Shown: positions 14,400 to 25,017, numbered from the stretch's first letter. The stretch: 64,000 nucleotides of DNA from Oscillospiraceae bacterium (GCA_017432285.1 JAFRJM010000015.1:19955-83954), one strand, 5' to 3'. Made by a program: numbers and translations. The notes: generated by a model from the letters alone, not told the origin.

Positions 14400-16001
14400 A
14401 TGCCAAGAAGAGCAAAAATCTCGCTTCACCCGTCCTATGTCAAGGGAGAGATATCTCCCCGGCTGTTCGGCGCTTTCCTCGAGCCCATAGGCAATATGGT
14501 TATCGGTTCAATGTGGAAGCCCGATCATCCTACAGCGGATGACAAAGGTTTCCGTCAGGACTTCATGCAGTCTCTTATCGATGCTGGCCTTCCCAGCGTC
14601 CGATTTGGAGGAAACTATGTATCAGGCTGGCGTTGGAAAAACAGCGTCGGACCAGTAGAGAACCGCAAACCGCTTATCGACCGTTCTCGCTCCTGCTTTA
14701 TTCCGAAGGAAGTCGGTGCTGATGAGTATCTGACATGGATAGAACGCGTTAATGCCGATATCATGTGGACACTTAACCTTGGTACAGATGATATCGATGC
14801 ATCAATCGATTTTATAGATTACACAAATGTAGAGAGCGGACTTGAGTGGGCGGATAAGCGCATCGAGTTCGGAAGAGAAAAACCATACAATATCAAGATC
14901 TTCTATCTCGGCAACGAGATGGACGGCCCATGGCAAGTCGCCTCATGGGAAAAGGACCCTGTAGGCTACGGTGTCAAGGCCCGTGAAGTTTCCAAAGCCT
15001 TAAAATACACAGACGGCTCTGTCGAAACAATAGCTTGCGTTTCTTCCTGTCCGTTCCTGACTCATTATCCCGACTGGGATCGTCAGGTACTTGAGCAGTG
15101 TTATGAAGTCGTGGACTATATCTCACTTCACCACTATCATTCCGCACTTCCTGGTGACATCGGCGCTCTCATGGCGGGCGTTAAGGCATATGAGAACTAT
15201 ATTGATACAGAAATTGCTTTGAGCGACTATATCCGCACTATGCTGCGCACAGAAAAGACGATGTACATCTCTCTGGATGAGTACGGTAGTTCATTCCGTC
15301 CCCAGAGAGGAAATCCGCAATACGGCATGAACGGCAACATGCCTGTCGATACGTTCTTCAGTTTCCCCAACAGAGGATTCCGGAGCCAAGACCCCAACGT
15401 TTGGAACCAATTCGGACCAAGCAGAGTCGGTGAGATGGCCATGGCTCTTGCCAATGCATCAACCATGCTGGCAATGGTCCGGCGAGCAGACAGAGTTAAG
15501 ATCGGATGCGCAACCGGCGGACTCGGCATGTTATGCGCTACAGATAAAGACCATGTCTGGAAGGCAGCCGCATATTATCCGATGACAGACCTTATCCGCT
15601 ATGCAAGAGGTAAATCTATCCTGCCCATAGTCGAATGTGAAACTTATGATGTCCCGTCTTATGCAGTAGATGATCAGAACCAATATAACGACTTCCATGA
15701 TGTTCCCTATATTACTGCTGCCGCTGCACTTAATGATGAAGCAGGCGAGTTCACAGTGTTCATCGCGAACGGAGACTGGGAAGAAGATGAGGATCTTACA
15801 CTAGATATACGGTCTTTCGAAGGGTACCGATTCGTTGAACACACCGCTATGTATTCTGACGATTTCGAAGCTGCCAACAGCTATGAGCATCCGGACAACA
15901 TAAAACCCATTGTTTGTGAAGACACACAGTGCGAGGATGGCATATTAAATGCGACGCTAAATAAATTATCGTGGAACATGTTTCGTTTTGAGAAGATCTG
16001 A
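14400..16001 (+). CDS. GH51 alpha-L-arabinofuranosidase (divergent paralogue)
   Basis: 'FYLGNEMDGPWQV' (acid/base Glu motif) and 'YISLDEYG' (nucleophile region). ATG 14400 is preceded by GGAGGT; the ORF-track start 14331 is TTG without an RBS. No signal peptide. Confidence 0.85.
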   Translation: MPRRAKISLHPSYVKGEISPRLFGAFLEPIGNMVIGSMWKPDHPTADDKGFRQDFMQSLIDAGLPSVRFGGNYVSGWRWKNSVGPVENRKPLIDRSRSCFIPKEVGADEYLTWIERVNADIMWTLNLGTDDIDASIDFIDYTNVESGLEWADKRIEFGREKPYNIKIFYLGNEMDGPWQVASWEKDPVGYGVKAREVSKALKYTDGSVETIACVSSCPFLTHYPDWDRQVLEQCYEVVDYISLHHYHSALPGDIGALMAGVKAYENYIDTEIALSDYIRTMLRTEKTMYISLDEYGSSFRPQRGNPQYGMNGNMPVDTFFSFPNRGFRSQDPNVWNQFGPSRVGEMAMALANASTMLAMVRRADRVKIGCATGGLGMLCATDKDHVWKAAAYYPMTDLIRYARGKSILPIVECETYDVPSYAVDDQNQYNDFHDVPYITAAAALNDEAGEFTVFIANGDWEEDEDLTLDIRSFEGYRFVEHTAMYSDDFEAANSYEHPDNIKPIVCEDTQCEDGILNATLNKLSWNMFRFEKI

Positions 16002-16040
16002 CCTGGCAGAAGGGTCCTTATGTTCTCAATAACTATGACA

Positions 16041-16085
16041 AACAGAGCTGTCTGAAAGATTCGTGACAGCTCTGTTCTTTCTTGT
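16041..16085 (+). terminator. Intrinsic terminator
   Basis: AACAGAGCTGTC (16041-16052) / GACAGCTCTGTT (16065-16076), then 'ctttcttgt'. Confidence 0.7.
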
Positions 16086-16175
16086 CCAATTATTTCTAAA
16101 CTTATTAGTACTTTATTTGTATTAATCTGTTACAATAGTCACAGGCCAGAAAAGTAGGCAATTAGGAGAAAACAT

Positions 16176-17525
16176 ATGAGCGAAAAGAAATCAAACAAGA
16201 CTCTTGAGATCCACCGCAATGAAAAAGGACAAAGAATCCTCTCAGGAAAAGAATGGCTGTTTGTCGTTATCGTTGGCTTAGCAGGCCAGTTGATATGGTG
16301 TGTAGAAAACACCTGGTATCCAAACTTCGTCTATGCCAAAATCGCCCCGGACGCATCGATCATATCATGGATGGTAGCCTTGAGCGCTTTATCCAGCACA
16401 TTCGGATGTTTTGTCTGGGGAACTTTAGGCGACAGGTTAGGAAAAAGAAGGCCTCAGATGCTTATAGGTTATGCAGCCTGGGGAATTACCGTTATTCTGT
16501 TTGGATTAACAGAATACTTCGATCATTCCGATATGACTATGCTGACCATACTTGTCGTTGCAGGTGACTGTATAATGAGCTTCATCGGTGCCATGGCTAA
16601 CGATTCCGGATTTATTGCCTGGACTACTGATATCACCGAAGAAGGCAACCGAGGCAAGATGGGTGCAGTCGTTGCTGTTCTTCCGGTAGCGGGAACTATT
16701 CTTGGTGGCCTTCTGTTTGGCAAGATAATTGAAAAGATCGATTACTTTAAATTCTATATAGTGTTAGGAATCTTTCTTGCTTTGATGAGCGTCGGCGTCC
16801 ATTTCATGGTCAAAGATGCTCCTGACGTAGTGCCCAACAGGGATCCCAAAGGGTTCTGGCATCAGGTCTTCTCTGTATTTGATTTCTCTCTTCTGCAGAA
16901 AAACAAACTGATGAAGGACATCTGCCTCATCTTTTCTGTTTATTTTATCGGTTTCCAGATGTATTTCTCGCATCTTACCAACTTCCTTGTATATACTCAG
17001 GGCTATTCAACAGGAAATGCCGGCCTTGTTCTGGGGTTGCCGCTGATAGCTGCCTTGCCGTTTACATTCCTATGTTCCAAATATCTGGATAACGGCAAAT
17101 TCTATAACATTATGTACATCTCGGTCGCTATTACGATCATTGGGCTTCTGCTCACATGGATCCCTGTCACTATCGTGACATGCTTGGGGATCTTCCTGTT
17201 CGGAACCGGATACATGTGCATATATCAGGCATTGATGGTCATGCTGAAGAACTGTATGCCTGAGAGCATGCACGGTCAGTCTGAAGGTATAAGGCAGATA
17301 TTCTATGTTGTCATTCCTATGTGTGTCGGCACTCCGATAGGATCATTCCTGATCAAACATTTCGGCTACGCTATGAAGAACGAGTATGGCGTCGCCGGAT
17401 ATTCGGCAAACTGGGTAGTCTTCATCGCAGCAGCACTGTGGATGCCTCTGACATTTATTCCCATCACAAAAGCAAAGAAAGATTATCTGGAGCATCTGAG
17501 GAACATCGAAAATAATGAACAATGA
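16176..17525 (+). CDS. MFS transporter
   Basis: 449 aa, about 12 hydrophobic helices. MFS motif A 'GTLGDRLGKRRP' in the loop 2-3 position. AGGAGA RBS. Confidence 0.8.
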   Translation: MSEKKSNKTLEIHRNEKGQRILSGKEWLFVVIVGLAGQLIWCVENTWYPNFVYAKIAPDASIISWMVALSALSSTFGCFVWGTLGDRLGKRRPQMLIGYAAWGITVILFGLTEYFDHSDMTMLTILVVAGDCIMSFIGAMANDSGFIAWTTDITEEGNRGKMGAVVAVLPVAGTILGGLLFGKIIEKIDYFKFYIVLGIFLALMSVGVHFMVKDAPDVVPNRDPKGFWHQVFSVFDFSLLQKNKLMKDICLIFSVYFIGFQMYFSHLTNFLVYTQGYSTGNAGLVLGLPLIAALPFTFLCSKYLDNGKFYNIMYISVAITIIGLLLTWIPVTIVTCLGIFLFGTGYMCIYQALMVMLKNCMPESMHGQSEGIRQIFYVVIPMCVGTPIGSFLIKHFGYAMKNEYGVAGYSANWVVFIAAALWMPLTFIPITKAKKDYLEHLRNIENNEQ

Positions 17526-18708
17526 TATACGCAAAGGCCTTGCCCGTCACAAATTCGTCTATCACTTTCTTAGGATACTCATAGGGTGGGCCTTGATCCT
17601 TATCAACAATTTTTCATACAAGCCATACAAGATAAAGGAAAGACCCGCTCTGATCCTTGCGAATCACAATTCGGATTTTGACCCTTTCCTTATGATCATT
17701 ACGTTAAAACAGCATTTCAAATTTGTCGCTAGCGCTAATATTATGTCTGGCCCCGTAGGAAAACTGATAGCATTTTTGGTTGGTCCTATTCCCAGAGCGA
17801 AAGGTGCGGGAGCAGATGAGACTGTTCAGCTGATAATAGACAATCTGAATGCCGGTATAGATGTAGCGATGTTTCCCGAAGGAAACAAATCATGGGACGG
17901 CTCGACTAATTTTATTTCCAAAAGAACAGCTGAGATCTTTAAGATGACTAAGTGCAGTTTGGTCACCTACCGATTTGACGGAGGTTATCTGCGTTCCCCA
18001 AGATGGGCCAGATTCACCCGTAAAGGAAAACTGTTCGGGCAGGTAGTCAATGAGTATTCCTATGATCAGTTAAAAAATCTTTCAACTGATGAGATATATC
18101 AGCTTATAGTAGACGACTTGCAGGCAGATGCTTACCAGTATCAAGATGCAAATCATATAAAATATGTTGGTAAAGGTCTTGCTGAAGGAATCGAGAACCT
18201 GGCTTATCTCTGTCCTGTTTGCCACAGGTTTGACACGATCCACGCAAAAGACAATGAATTCTGGTGCGAATGCGGAATGAAAGCCACTTATGACGAATAT
18301 GGCTATCTCAACGGGGACAAGATCAGAAATTATAACAACACGATCAAATGGAACCGTTTCCAGAAACACTGGCTGGCACAGCACAAAGGCGAGCTGAAAA
18401 AGCAGACAGTCAAGAACTTCTCGCATGACGAAGGCCTACGCTTTTACCAGGTCGTCGATAATGAAAGGATCCTGCTGAGCGACAATATAAGCACTCAGTT
18501 ATACGGTGACCGCATGATCCTGACGAACGGCAGTGATTACACAATAACATTCAACTGGGATTCTATTTCCAAGATGGGTATGTTCCGAAATAACAGGCTG
18601 TACTTCACTTATGATGACAAACGTTATCAGCTTGAAAGACCAACCGGTTTCCCGTTGATCAAGTATTTCTCATTGTGGAGAGTCCTTACTGATAAAGCAT
18701 TAGTGTAA
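17515..18708 (+). CDS. PlsC-family (lysophospholipid) acyltransferase with C-terminal Zn-ribbon-containing domain
   Basis: HX4D 'ANHNSDFDPF' and 'MFPEGNKSWDG' acyltransferase blocks. C-terminal half has 'CPVCHRFDTIHAKDNEFWCECG' (CxxC..CxC). Overlaps the MFS gene by 11 nt. Confidence 0.75.
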   Translation: MNNDIRKGLARHKFVYHFLRILIGWALILINNFSYKPYKIKERPALILANHNSDFDPFLMIITLKQHFKFVASANIMSGPVGKLIAFLVGPIPRAKGAGADETVQLIIDNLNAGIDVAMFPEGNKSWDGSTNFISKRTAEIFKMTKCSLVTYRFDGGYLRSPRWARFTRKGKLFGQVVNEYSYDQLKNLSTDEIYQLIVDDLQADAYQYQDANHIKYVGKGLAEGIENLAYLCPVCHRFDTIHAKDNEFWCECGMKATYDEYGYLNGDKIRNYNNTIKWNRFQKHWLAQHKGELKKQTVKNFSHDEGLRFYQVVDNERILLSDNISTQLYGDRMILTNGSDYTITFNWDSISKMGMFRNNRLYFTYDDKRYQLERPTGFPLIKYFSLWRVLTDKALV

Positions 18709-18729
18709 CAAATAATAAACCAATATCAA

Positions 18730-18769
18730 AAGAGCTATCTGATTTCTTCTCAGATAGCTCTTATTTCTT
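18730..18769. terminator. Bidirectional terminator between convergent genes
   Basis: AAGAGCTATCTGA (18730-18742) / TCAGATAGCTCTT (18750-18762), perfect 13 bp; A-rich upstream, T-rich downstream. Confidence 0.75.
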
Positions 18770-18799
18770 ATCGGATTAGTATCAATCGTTCACATTTGA

Positions 18800-20647
18800 T
18801 CATATAGCTTCAGCGTTTACGAACTGGCTGGTCCACAGATCACTGTAGAAGCCACCCTTAGCAAGAAGCTCATTGTGTGTACCTGTTTCGACGATATCTC
18901 CATCCTTCATGACGAGGATTATATCAGCGCCTCTTATAGTGCTAAGACGGTGCGCGATCGTAAAGCTCGTCTTGCCTGCAGTAAGCCTTTCCATAGCATC
19001 CTGAACTATCTGCTCCGTTCTGGTATCAACAGATGACGTAGCCTCATCAAGGATAAGAAGAGGACAGTTATGTACCATTGCCCTGGCGATAGTCATAAGC
19101 TGTTTCTGCCCTGCAGACAGGTTGCTCTCATCGGACAGCATGGTGTCATATCCCTTAGGCAGCGTGGAAATATAGTTGTGCAGACCGACAGCCTTGCAGG
19201 CGTTTATGACCTCTTCCTGAGTCACGTCTTTTAGACAATATGCGATATTTTCCGTGACCGTTCCTTCAAACAGCCAAGTGTCCTGGAGGACCATGCAGAA
19301 CTGGTCATGCACATTGGCCCTTGTGACCTTCCTGGTATCTACTCCGTCGATCAGTATCTGTCCGTCATTGATCTCGTAGAACCGCATCAGCAGGTTAACA
19401 AGTGTAGTTTTCCCTGCTCCAGTAGGACCAACGATAGCGACCTTCATACCGGGTGTTACTTTTGCTGAAAAATCATGAATAATGTCTCTTCCCGGATCGT
19501 AGCCGAATCTGACGTGTTTGAATTCCACTTCGCCTTTAATATCCTGGAGCAGGTCTTCCTTGCCGCTCTCATCTTCCATCTCCTCTTCAGACAGGAAACC
19601 GAAGATCCTTTCTGCTCCGGCAAGTGATGTCTGCAGGCTGGTAACTGCCTGTGCCACCTGTCCTAGCGGCATAGTAAACTGTCTGGTATATAACACGAAC
19701 GCGATGATCGTACCAAAACGGATCTCTCCGCTTCTCACCATCATGGCTCCAGCTACACAAACTGCAACATAACCGAGGTTGCCAAGGAATTCCATCATCG
19801 GGAACATGATTCCGCTCAGGAACTGTGATTTCCAGTTGTTCGTGAACAGAAGCTGGTTTATTCTTTCAAACTCTGCCTTGGACTCTTCATCTCCGTTATA
19901 TGCCTTAACGACGATGTGCCCTGCATACATCTCCTCTATGTGTCCGTTTATCTCTCCAAGATATGTTGATCTTCTTGAGAAGAAAGGCTGGCTCTTATTG
20001 ATGATGACTTTCATAATGAACATTCCGGAAAGACCGCAGATCAGCACGATGAAAGTCAGCTTCGCATTTGTCATGAGCATCATAACAGAACATCCGGCAA
20101 ATGTTACGAAAGCGTTTACCAGTTCAACCAATCCGTTGTTCAGTGACATTCCGATAGAGTCTACATCGTTTGTAACACGGCTGAGCAGATCTCCGAATGA
20201 GGAAGAGTCAAACCTGCTGAGAGGCATGCGGTTTATCTTACGGCAGATATCATTTCTCATGTCCCTCATGGCATATCTGGACGCACTTGCCAGAGTATAG
20301 CTTTGTATCCAAGTCAGCAGGGCGCTGAATGCATAGAAAGCAAGTACTCTTATTGCGATCCTCTTGACTGCAGCCATGTCGACCTGACCGTCAAGAAGTC
20401 CTTCTTCAATAAGGTTTGTGATACGGCTGAGCTGATCCGGTCCGAAAAGCATCAGCATAACACTGGTGACCGAACATACAAGGGCTGTTGCGACCTGAGG
20501 GATGAACCTGTTGAGGTACCTCAGAATGTTCTTTATAGCCCCCTTCATATCCTTAGGCTTTTCGGCGACAGCCATTCTGCCTCCGGGACCGCCTCTGCGT
20601 TCAGCTCCCATCTTAGCTTGTCCGAGTTGGTAATTATTCTTCGCCAT
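18800..20647 (-). CDS. ABC exporter, fused permease/ATPase (type I, MDR-like), partner B
   Basis: 615 aa. Six-TM N-domain; 'GPTGAGKTT', 'LSAGQKQL', 'LLILDEATSSVD'. Start overlaps the stop of the upstream ABC gene (TAATG). Confidence 0.9.
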   Translation of the reverse strand: MAKNNYQLGQAKMGAERRGGPGGRMAVAEKPKDMKGAIKNILRYLNRFIPQVATALVCSVTSVMLMLFGPDQLSRITNLIEEGLLDGQVDMAAVKRIAIRVLAFYAFSALLTWIQSYTLASASRYAMRDMRNDICRKINRMPLSRFDSSSFGDLLSRVTNDVDSIGMSLNNGLVELVNAFVTFAGCSVMMLMTNAKLTFIVLICGLSGMFIMKVIINKSQPFFSRRSTYLGEINGHIEEMYAGHIVVKAYNGDEESKAEFERINQLLFTNNWKSQFLSGIMFPMMEFLGNLGYVAVCVAGAMMVRSGEIRFGTIIAFVLYTRQFTMPLGQVAQAVTSLQTSLAGAERIFGFLSEEEMEDESGKEDLLQDIKGEVEFKHVRFGYDPGRDIIHDFSAKVTPGMKVAIVGPTGAGKTTLVNLLMRFYEINDGQILIDGVDTRKVTRANVHDQFCMVLQDTWLFEGTVTENIAYCLKDVTQEEVINACKAVGLHNYISTLPKGYDTMLSDESNLSAGQKQLMTIARAMVHNCPLLILDEATSSVDTRTEQIVQDAMERLTAGKTSFTIAHRLSTIRGADIILVMKDGDIVETGTHNELLAKGGFYSDLWTSQFVNAEAI

Positions 20648-22413
20648 TATGCAAGCTCCTCCTCAGAAAGCTGCGTGCGGGCAATCTCTTTATATACTTC
20701 ACAATCTTTGAGCAGCTGTTCATGGGTGCCCATACCCACGATCTTGCCGCCATCAAGGACCAGTATCTTGTCAGCATCCCTTATCGTTCCTACACGCTGT
20801 GCAACGATAAGAGTCGTGACATCTGCTGTTTCTTTCTTTAATCTGTTTCTGAGAGCACGGTCTGTCTTATAGTCCAGAGCAGAGAACGTATCATCAAAAA
20901 TATAGATATCCGGTTTGCGGTAAACTGCTCTTGCAACGGACAGACGCTGTTTCTGCCCTCCTGAGACGTTGGTACCTCCCCTGTTTATATCTGCGTCATA
21001 GCCGCCTTCCATTTCTTCAACGAAATCAGTTGCCTGCGCAATGGCTACAGCCGCTTTTATATCGTTCTCCTCGTCTCTTCCCTCAATAGGCTTACCCTCA
21101 CCGTAAGAAACGTTGGAACTTACCGTTCCGGTGAAGAGCACTGCCTGCTGTGTGGCATAGCCTATCATATTGCGCAGGGACTTTTGCGTGTATTCTTTCA
21201 CGTTCCTTCCTGCGACTATGACTTCACCTTCGGTGCAGTCATAGAGCCGTGGGATCAGGTTGACAAGTGTGGTCTTGCCGCTTCCTGTAGCACCGATAAA
21301 TGCTACAGTCTCACCTTTCTTTGCAGTGAAGCTGATATCCGTGAGCACATCACCCTCTGTTCCGGGATAACGGAAGCAGACATTCCTGAACTCGATCTCG
21401 CCTTCCTTGCCCTCTACACCTTCGGTCTCTTTGCCATCAAGTATGGTCGCATCAGTCTCAAGGATCTCGTTTATTCTTTCAGCACAAACACTTGCTCTCG
21501 GAATTGTGTTGAATATCATATTCAGACTCATGAAAGCAAACAGGATACGGCTGGCATAGTTCGCAAAGACCACCATGTCAGAGAATACTGTCAGTCTTTC
21601 TGCATATACCGCGCTGCGGTTGATGATCAAAGCTCCAAGGAAATAGATACCTACAGTAAGACCGTTGTTCGTGAACCTCATTGTCGGATGCATGATTCCC
21701 ATGGCATGCATAGCCTCCAATCCGTTCTGAGTCAGACGGTCGTTGGCATCATAGAATTTGCCTTCCTGATACTCTTCTGCGTTATACGCCCTGACGACTC
21801 GGATACCGGTCATGTTGTCACGCATAACCCTGTTCATGTCGTCATGCAGGAACTGCATCCTGCGGAATCTTGGGTGAGCATACTTAATTACATAGATTAC
21901 AGCCAGAATGACACAGAACACCGCGCCTCCGGTCAGTGCGCTCCACTCCCACTGTTTTCCTTTTATCTTGAAGAGCGCGATTCCTACCGAGATAGGTGAT
22001 CTTATTATCATGCTTATTCCTCTGGTCATGAACATCTGCATCATCTGAACGTCCAACGTTGACCTGGTAATAAGCGATGCTGTAGAGAATCTGTCGATCT
22101 CTTCCAGAGAGAATGACTGAACCTTGTCAAAGATCTTGCTGCGCAGGTTCTTTGAGAAGGTGGCAGCAAAATATGACGAAACAAAGCCGGAGCCGAAAGT
22201 GATGAACATACTGGCAATAGCGCATGCCAGCATCTTGAAACCTGCGATCCAGATCTCATTCATATCACTGCCTTCGGTCTCAACGAGCCTCGTGATAGTG
22301 CTCATATAGTCGGGGATACGCATATCCATCCAGACCTGAGCAAGAACTAGCATAGCATTGCATAGAAGAAGCGATACTTCCCACCGGTTCATTTTTTTCA
22401 TGATCTTAATCAT
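20647..22413 (-). CDS. ABC exporter, fused permease/ATPase, partner A
   Basis: 588 aa. 'GATGSGKTT', 'VSGGQKQR', 'IYIFDDTFSALD'. AGGAAG RBS before ATG 22413. Confidence 0.9.
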   Translation of the reverse strand: MIKIMKKMNRWEVSLLLCNAMLVLAQVWMDMRIPDYMSTITRLVETEGSDMNEIWIAGFKMLACAIASMFITFGSGFVSSYFAATFSKNLRSKIFDKVQSFSLEEIDRFSTASLITRSTLDVQMMQMFMTRGISMIIRSPISVGIALFKIKGKQWEWSALTGGAVFCVILAVIYVIKYAHPRFRRMQFLHDDMNRVMRDNMTGIRVVRAYNAEEYQEGKFYDANDRLTQNGLEAMHAMGIMHPTMRFTNNGLTVGIYFLGALIINRSAVYAERLTVFSDMVVFANYASRILFAFMSLNMIFNTIPRASVCAERINEILETDATILDGKETEGVEGKEGEIEFRNVCFRYPGTEGDVLTDISFTAKKGETVAFIGATGSGKTTLVNLIPRLYDCTEGEVIVAGRNVKEYTQKSLRNMIGYATQQAVLFTGTVSSNVSYGEGKPIEGRDEENDIKAAVAIAQATDFVEEMEGGYDADINRGGTNVSGGQKQRLSVARAVYRKPDIYIFDDTFSALDYKTDRALRNRLKKETADVTTLIVAQRVGTIRDADKILVLDGGKIVGMGTHEQLLKDCEVYKEIARTQLSEEELA

Positions 22414-22451
22414 TGGTTCTTCCTGCTTTTTGAATTATATTTATCTATATT

Positions 22452-22480
22452 ATTTTATCTTATCAGCCATGCTGCATCAA
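22452..22480 (-). promoter_or_regulatory. Promoter candidate for the ABC pair (TTGATG -17- TAAAAT)
   Basis: Minus strand: TTGATG (22480-22475), 17-nt spacer, TAAAAT (22457-22452), about 40 nt upstream of ATG 22413 and downstream of the terminator at 22492-22523. Confidence 0.4.
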
Positions 22481-22491
22481 CGTTTCACCAC

Positions 22492-22523
22492 GCAAAAATA
22501 CCTAGTGAGTATCACTAGGTATT
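22492..22523 (-). terminator. Intrinsic terminator after the methyltransferase gene
   Basis: Minus strand: AATACCTAGTG-atact-CACTAGGTATT followed by TTTTGCG. Confidence 0.7.
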
Positions 22524-22550
22524 ACTGCATAGTCCTTCTATAAAACGACC

Positions 22551-23177
22551 TTATATATCGTTATCTTGTCTTCCCGCGACCTGATACATCTTTTCGTCAG
22601 ATATCACCGTTGTCACGGTCAGATATTTCCGGAAAATCTCAGCAAGTTCTTCCGAGGTCATAAGCCCGTTAGATACACTTCTTGCTGAATCGGAACCATG
22701 GACGGCATTGATCTTTTCACGGCTCATTCCGTGAGCTACAGTGAGGACGCCTCCCTGCTTCAACAAAGAAGACAGATGAGATATCAGCAGTTCCGGATCC
22801 GGAAAATGCGGCAAAGCATTATATACAACGATACAGTCAAACAGCTGTCCAAAATCTGTTTCCGCAGCATCTCCGCAGATGATCTTTACTTGTTCCTGCT
22901 GATATTTATTCCTGGCGATCTCCACCATCTCCGGGGTAATATCGATAGCTGTAACAGAAGCTACATTCCTGTCCAGATAATCCGGAATAAGGATACCGGT
23001 GCCGCAGGCAACATCCAGAACATCCTTGCCCGCACACACTTCTGCGTTATCCAGAATAATATTGATCACATTGCTGTTTTTTGTAGTGTAGTCCGTGTCC
23101 CATTTGGACGCTAATCCTGCAAAAAAAGCAATAACATCATTCTTTTCCACGTTATTCCTCCGCTGTAAAAATCTCAT
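22551..23177 (-). CDS. Class I SAM-dependent methyltransferase
   Basis: 208 aa. Motif I 'VLDVACGTGILIPDYL' and post-I 'VTAIDITPEM'. Confidence 0.8.
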   Translation of the reverse strand: MRFLQRRNNVEKNDVIAFFAGLASKWDTDYTTKNSNVINIILDNAEVCAGKDVLDVACGTGILIPDYLDRNVASVTAIDITPEMVEIARNKYQQEQVKIICGDAAETDFGQLFDCIVVYNALPHFPDPELLISHLSSLLKQGGVLTVAHGMSREKINAVHGSDSARSVSNGLMTSEELAEIFRKYLTVTTVISDEKMYQVAGRQDNDI

Positions 23178-23271
23178 TTAGTATACCCACTCTTCCTGTA
23201 TAGCACAATCCCAATTACTAAGAATCACCCAAAAGTATTGTATAATTAAATGGAAAAGAGAGGTGTTTTTT

Positions 23272-24414
23272 ATGAGGTACAGAAAACTTGGGAAAACCGG
23301 GCTCATGGTAAGTGAGGTTGGTTTTGGAGGTGAATGGCTTGAACGCCACCCGGAAGAAGAATCCATAGAACTTATCCGTTTTGCACACAGTCAGGGGATC
23401 AATATAATAGACTGCTGGATGCCAGATCCAAAATCCAGAACTATCATCGGCAAAGCTATTTACGAATGCAGGGATGAGTGGTTTGTTCAGGGCCACATCG
23501 GGTCAACTTACCAGAACGGTCAATACGTCAAAACGAGGGATATTAAATATGTCAGACCTGCTTTTGAAGACCTTCTGGAACGTATCGGAGGCGGATATAT
23601 CGACCTCGGCATGATACACTATGTCGACTCTGAAGAAGAGTGGAATGTCTGTATGAACAGCGAATATATCGACTATGTACGCAGTCTTCTTGCAGACGGA
23701 AAGATCAGACATGTCGGCATGAGCACGCATAACCCCCGCATTGCCAAGAAAGCAGTGGAATCCGGGTTCATTGAGATGATCCTTTTCAGCATAAATCCTG
23801 CTTTTGACATGAAACCAGCAAGCGAGGACCTTGATACCTTATTTGCTGAATATGATTCTTCTCTGCACGGCATAGATCCAGAACGGGCTTCACTGTATCA
23901 GTTATGCGAAGAGAATAACGTAGGGATCACTGTAATGAAGGGTTTCTTTGGCGGAGCTCTTTTTGACCCCGCCCGTTCGCCTTTCGGAGTCGCCTTCACG
24001 CCAGTTCAGTGCATCCATTATGCACTTACCCGTCCAGGTGTATGCGCTGTCATGTGCGGGTATGACACTGTAGACCAGATCAAGGAAGCAGTAGCATATG
24101 AAACAGCGACTGATGAGGAGAGAGACTACGCATCAGTCATAGCATCTGCACCGCTGCATTCCTATATTGGCCAGTGTACATACTGCGGGCATTGTAAACC
24201 GTGCCCAATGGATATCGATATCGCTATGGTCAACAAGTTCTACGACCTCGCTATCCAGCAGGATGCCGTTCCGCAGAGTCTTAAAAATCATTATGCACAG
24301 CTTAACCCTACTGCTTCAGCATGTATCGGATGCCAAAGCTGTGAAACAAGATGTCCATTCCAGGTCCCGATTGCAGACCGTATGCAGAAAGCAGCTGATC
24401 TGTTTGGGTTCTGA
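23272..24414 (+). CDS. Aldo/keto reductase fused to C-terminal 4Fe-4S ferredoxin-like domain
   Basis: 'YRKLGKTGLMVSEVGFGGEWL' AKR N-terminus. C-terminal 'CTYCGHCKPCP' and 'CIGCQSCETRCP'. ATG 23272 follows AAAGAGAGG; the ORF-track start 23263 is GTG inside the RBS. Confidence 0.8.
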   Translation: MRYRKLGKTGLMVSEVGFGGEWLERHPEEESIELIRFAHSQGINIIDCWMPDPKSRTIIGKAIYECRDEWFVQGHIGSTYQNGQYVKTRDIKYVRPAFEDLLERIGGGYIDLGMIHYVDSEEEWNVCMNSEYIDYVRSLLADGKIRHVGMSTHNPRIAKKAVESGFIEMILFSINPAFDMKPASEDLDTLFAEYDSSLHGIDPERASLYQLCEENNVGITVMKGFFGGALFDPARSPFGVAFTPVQCIHYALTRPGVCAVMCGYDTVDQIKEAVAYETATDEERDYASVIASAPLHSYIGQCTYCGHCKPCPMDIDIAMVNKFYDLAIQQDAVPQSLKNHYAQLNPTASACIGCQSCETRCPFQVPIADRMQKAADLFGF

Positions 24415-24507
24415 AAAATTTCAACAATTTGTTTTTAATATTGAGCATTTGGTCTATGTTCGATCACATTATTATACTAGTAGTAATAATATGCAGGTAG
24501 ATGTACT

Positions 24508-25017
24508 ATGTGTTATATCACTGATTACTGCTCACCGCTAGGTCGTCTTTATATAATTTCAGACGGGACCTATCTGATCAGGCTGATATTTGGGTCAGAT
24601 GGTGAATTGGATAATTCATACGGAGAATACAATCCAGACCTTCCTGTTTTTGATGAGATCAGAAATTGGCTGGACACCTATTTCTCCGGTAACGCTCCTG
24701 CCTTTACACCGCCCCTCTCCATGGATGGCACGGACTTTCAAAAGGAAGTATGGGACATTCTTCTAGAGATACCACATGGACAGACCATGAGTTATGGAGA
24801 GATCGCAAAAAGAATCGCAGACAGACGAGGTATGCCTCGTATGTCCGCTCAGGCAGTCGGAAACGCAGTCGCGAAGAACCCGATACCTATCATAGTTCCG
24901 TGTCACAGAGTTATCGGTTCCGATGGTTCGCTAACAGGATATGCAGGAGGCCTGGACAAAAAGCTGTTTCTTCTTTCCTCAGAAAATATTGCAGTTAAAA
25001 ACAGTGCAGACACTTGA
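24508..25017 (+). CDS. ogt: Methylated-DNA--protein-cysteine methyltransferase
   Basis: 'IIVPCHRVIGSDGSLTGYAGGL' active-site PCHRV motif, plus the upstream helix-turn-helix 'MSYGEIAKRI'. Confidence 0.93.
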   Translation: MCYITDYCSPLGRLYIISDGTYLIRLIFGSDGELDNSYGEYNPDLPVFDEIRNWLDTYFSGNAPAFTPPLSMDGTDFQKEVWDILLEIPHGQTMSYGEIAKRIADRRGMPRMSAQAVGNAVAKNPIPIIVPCHRVIGSDGSLTGYAGGLDKKLFLLSSENIAVKNSADT

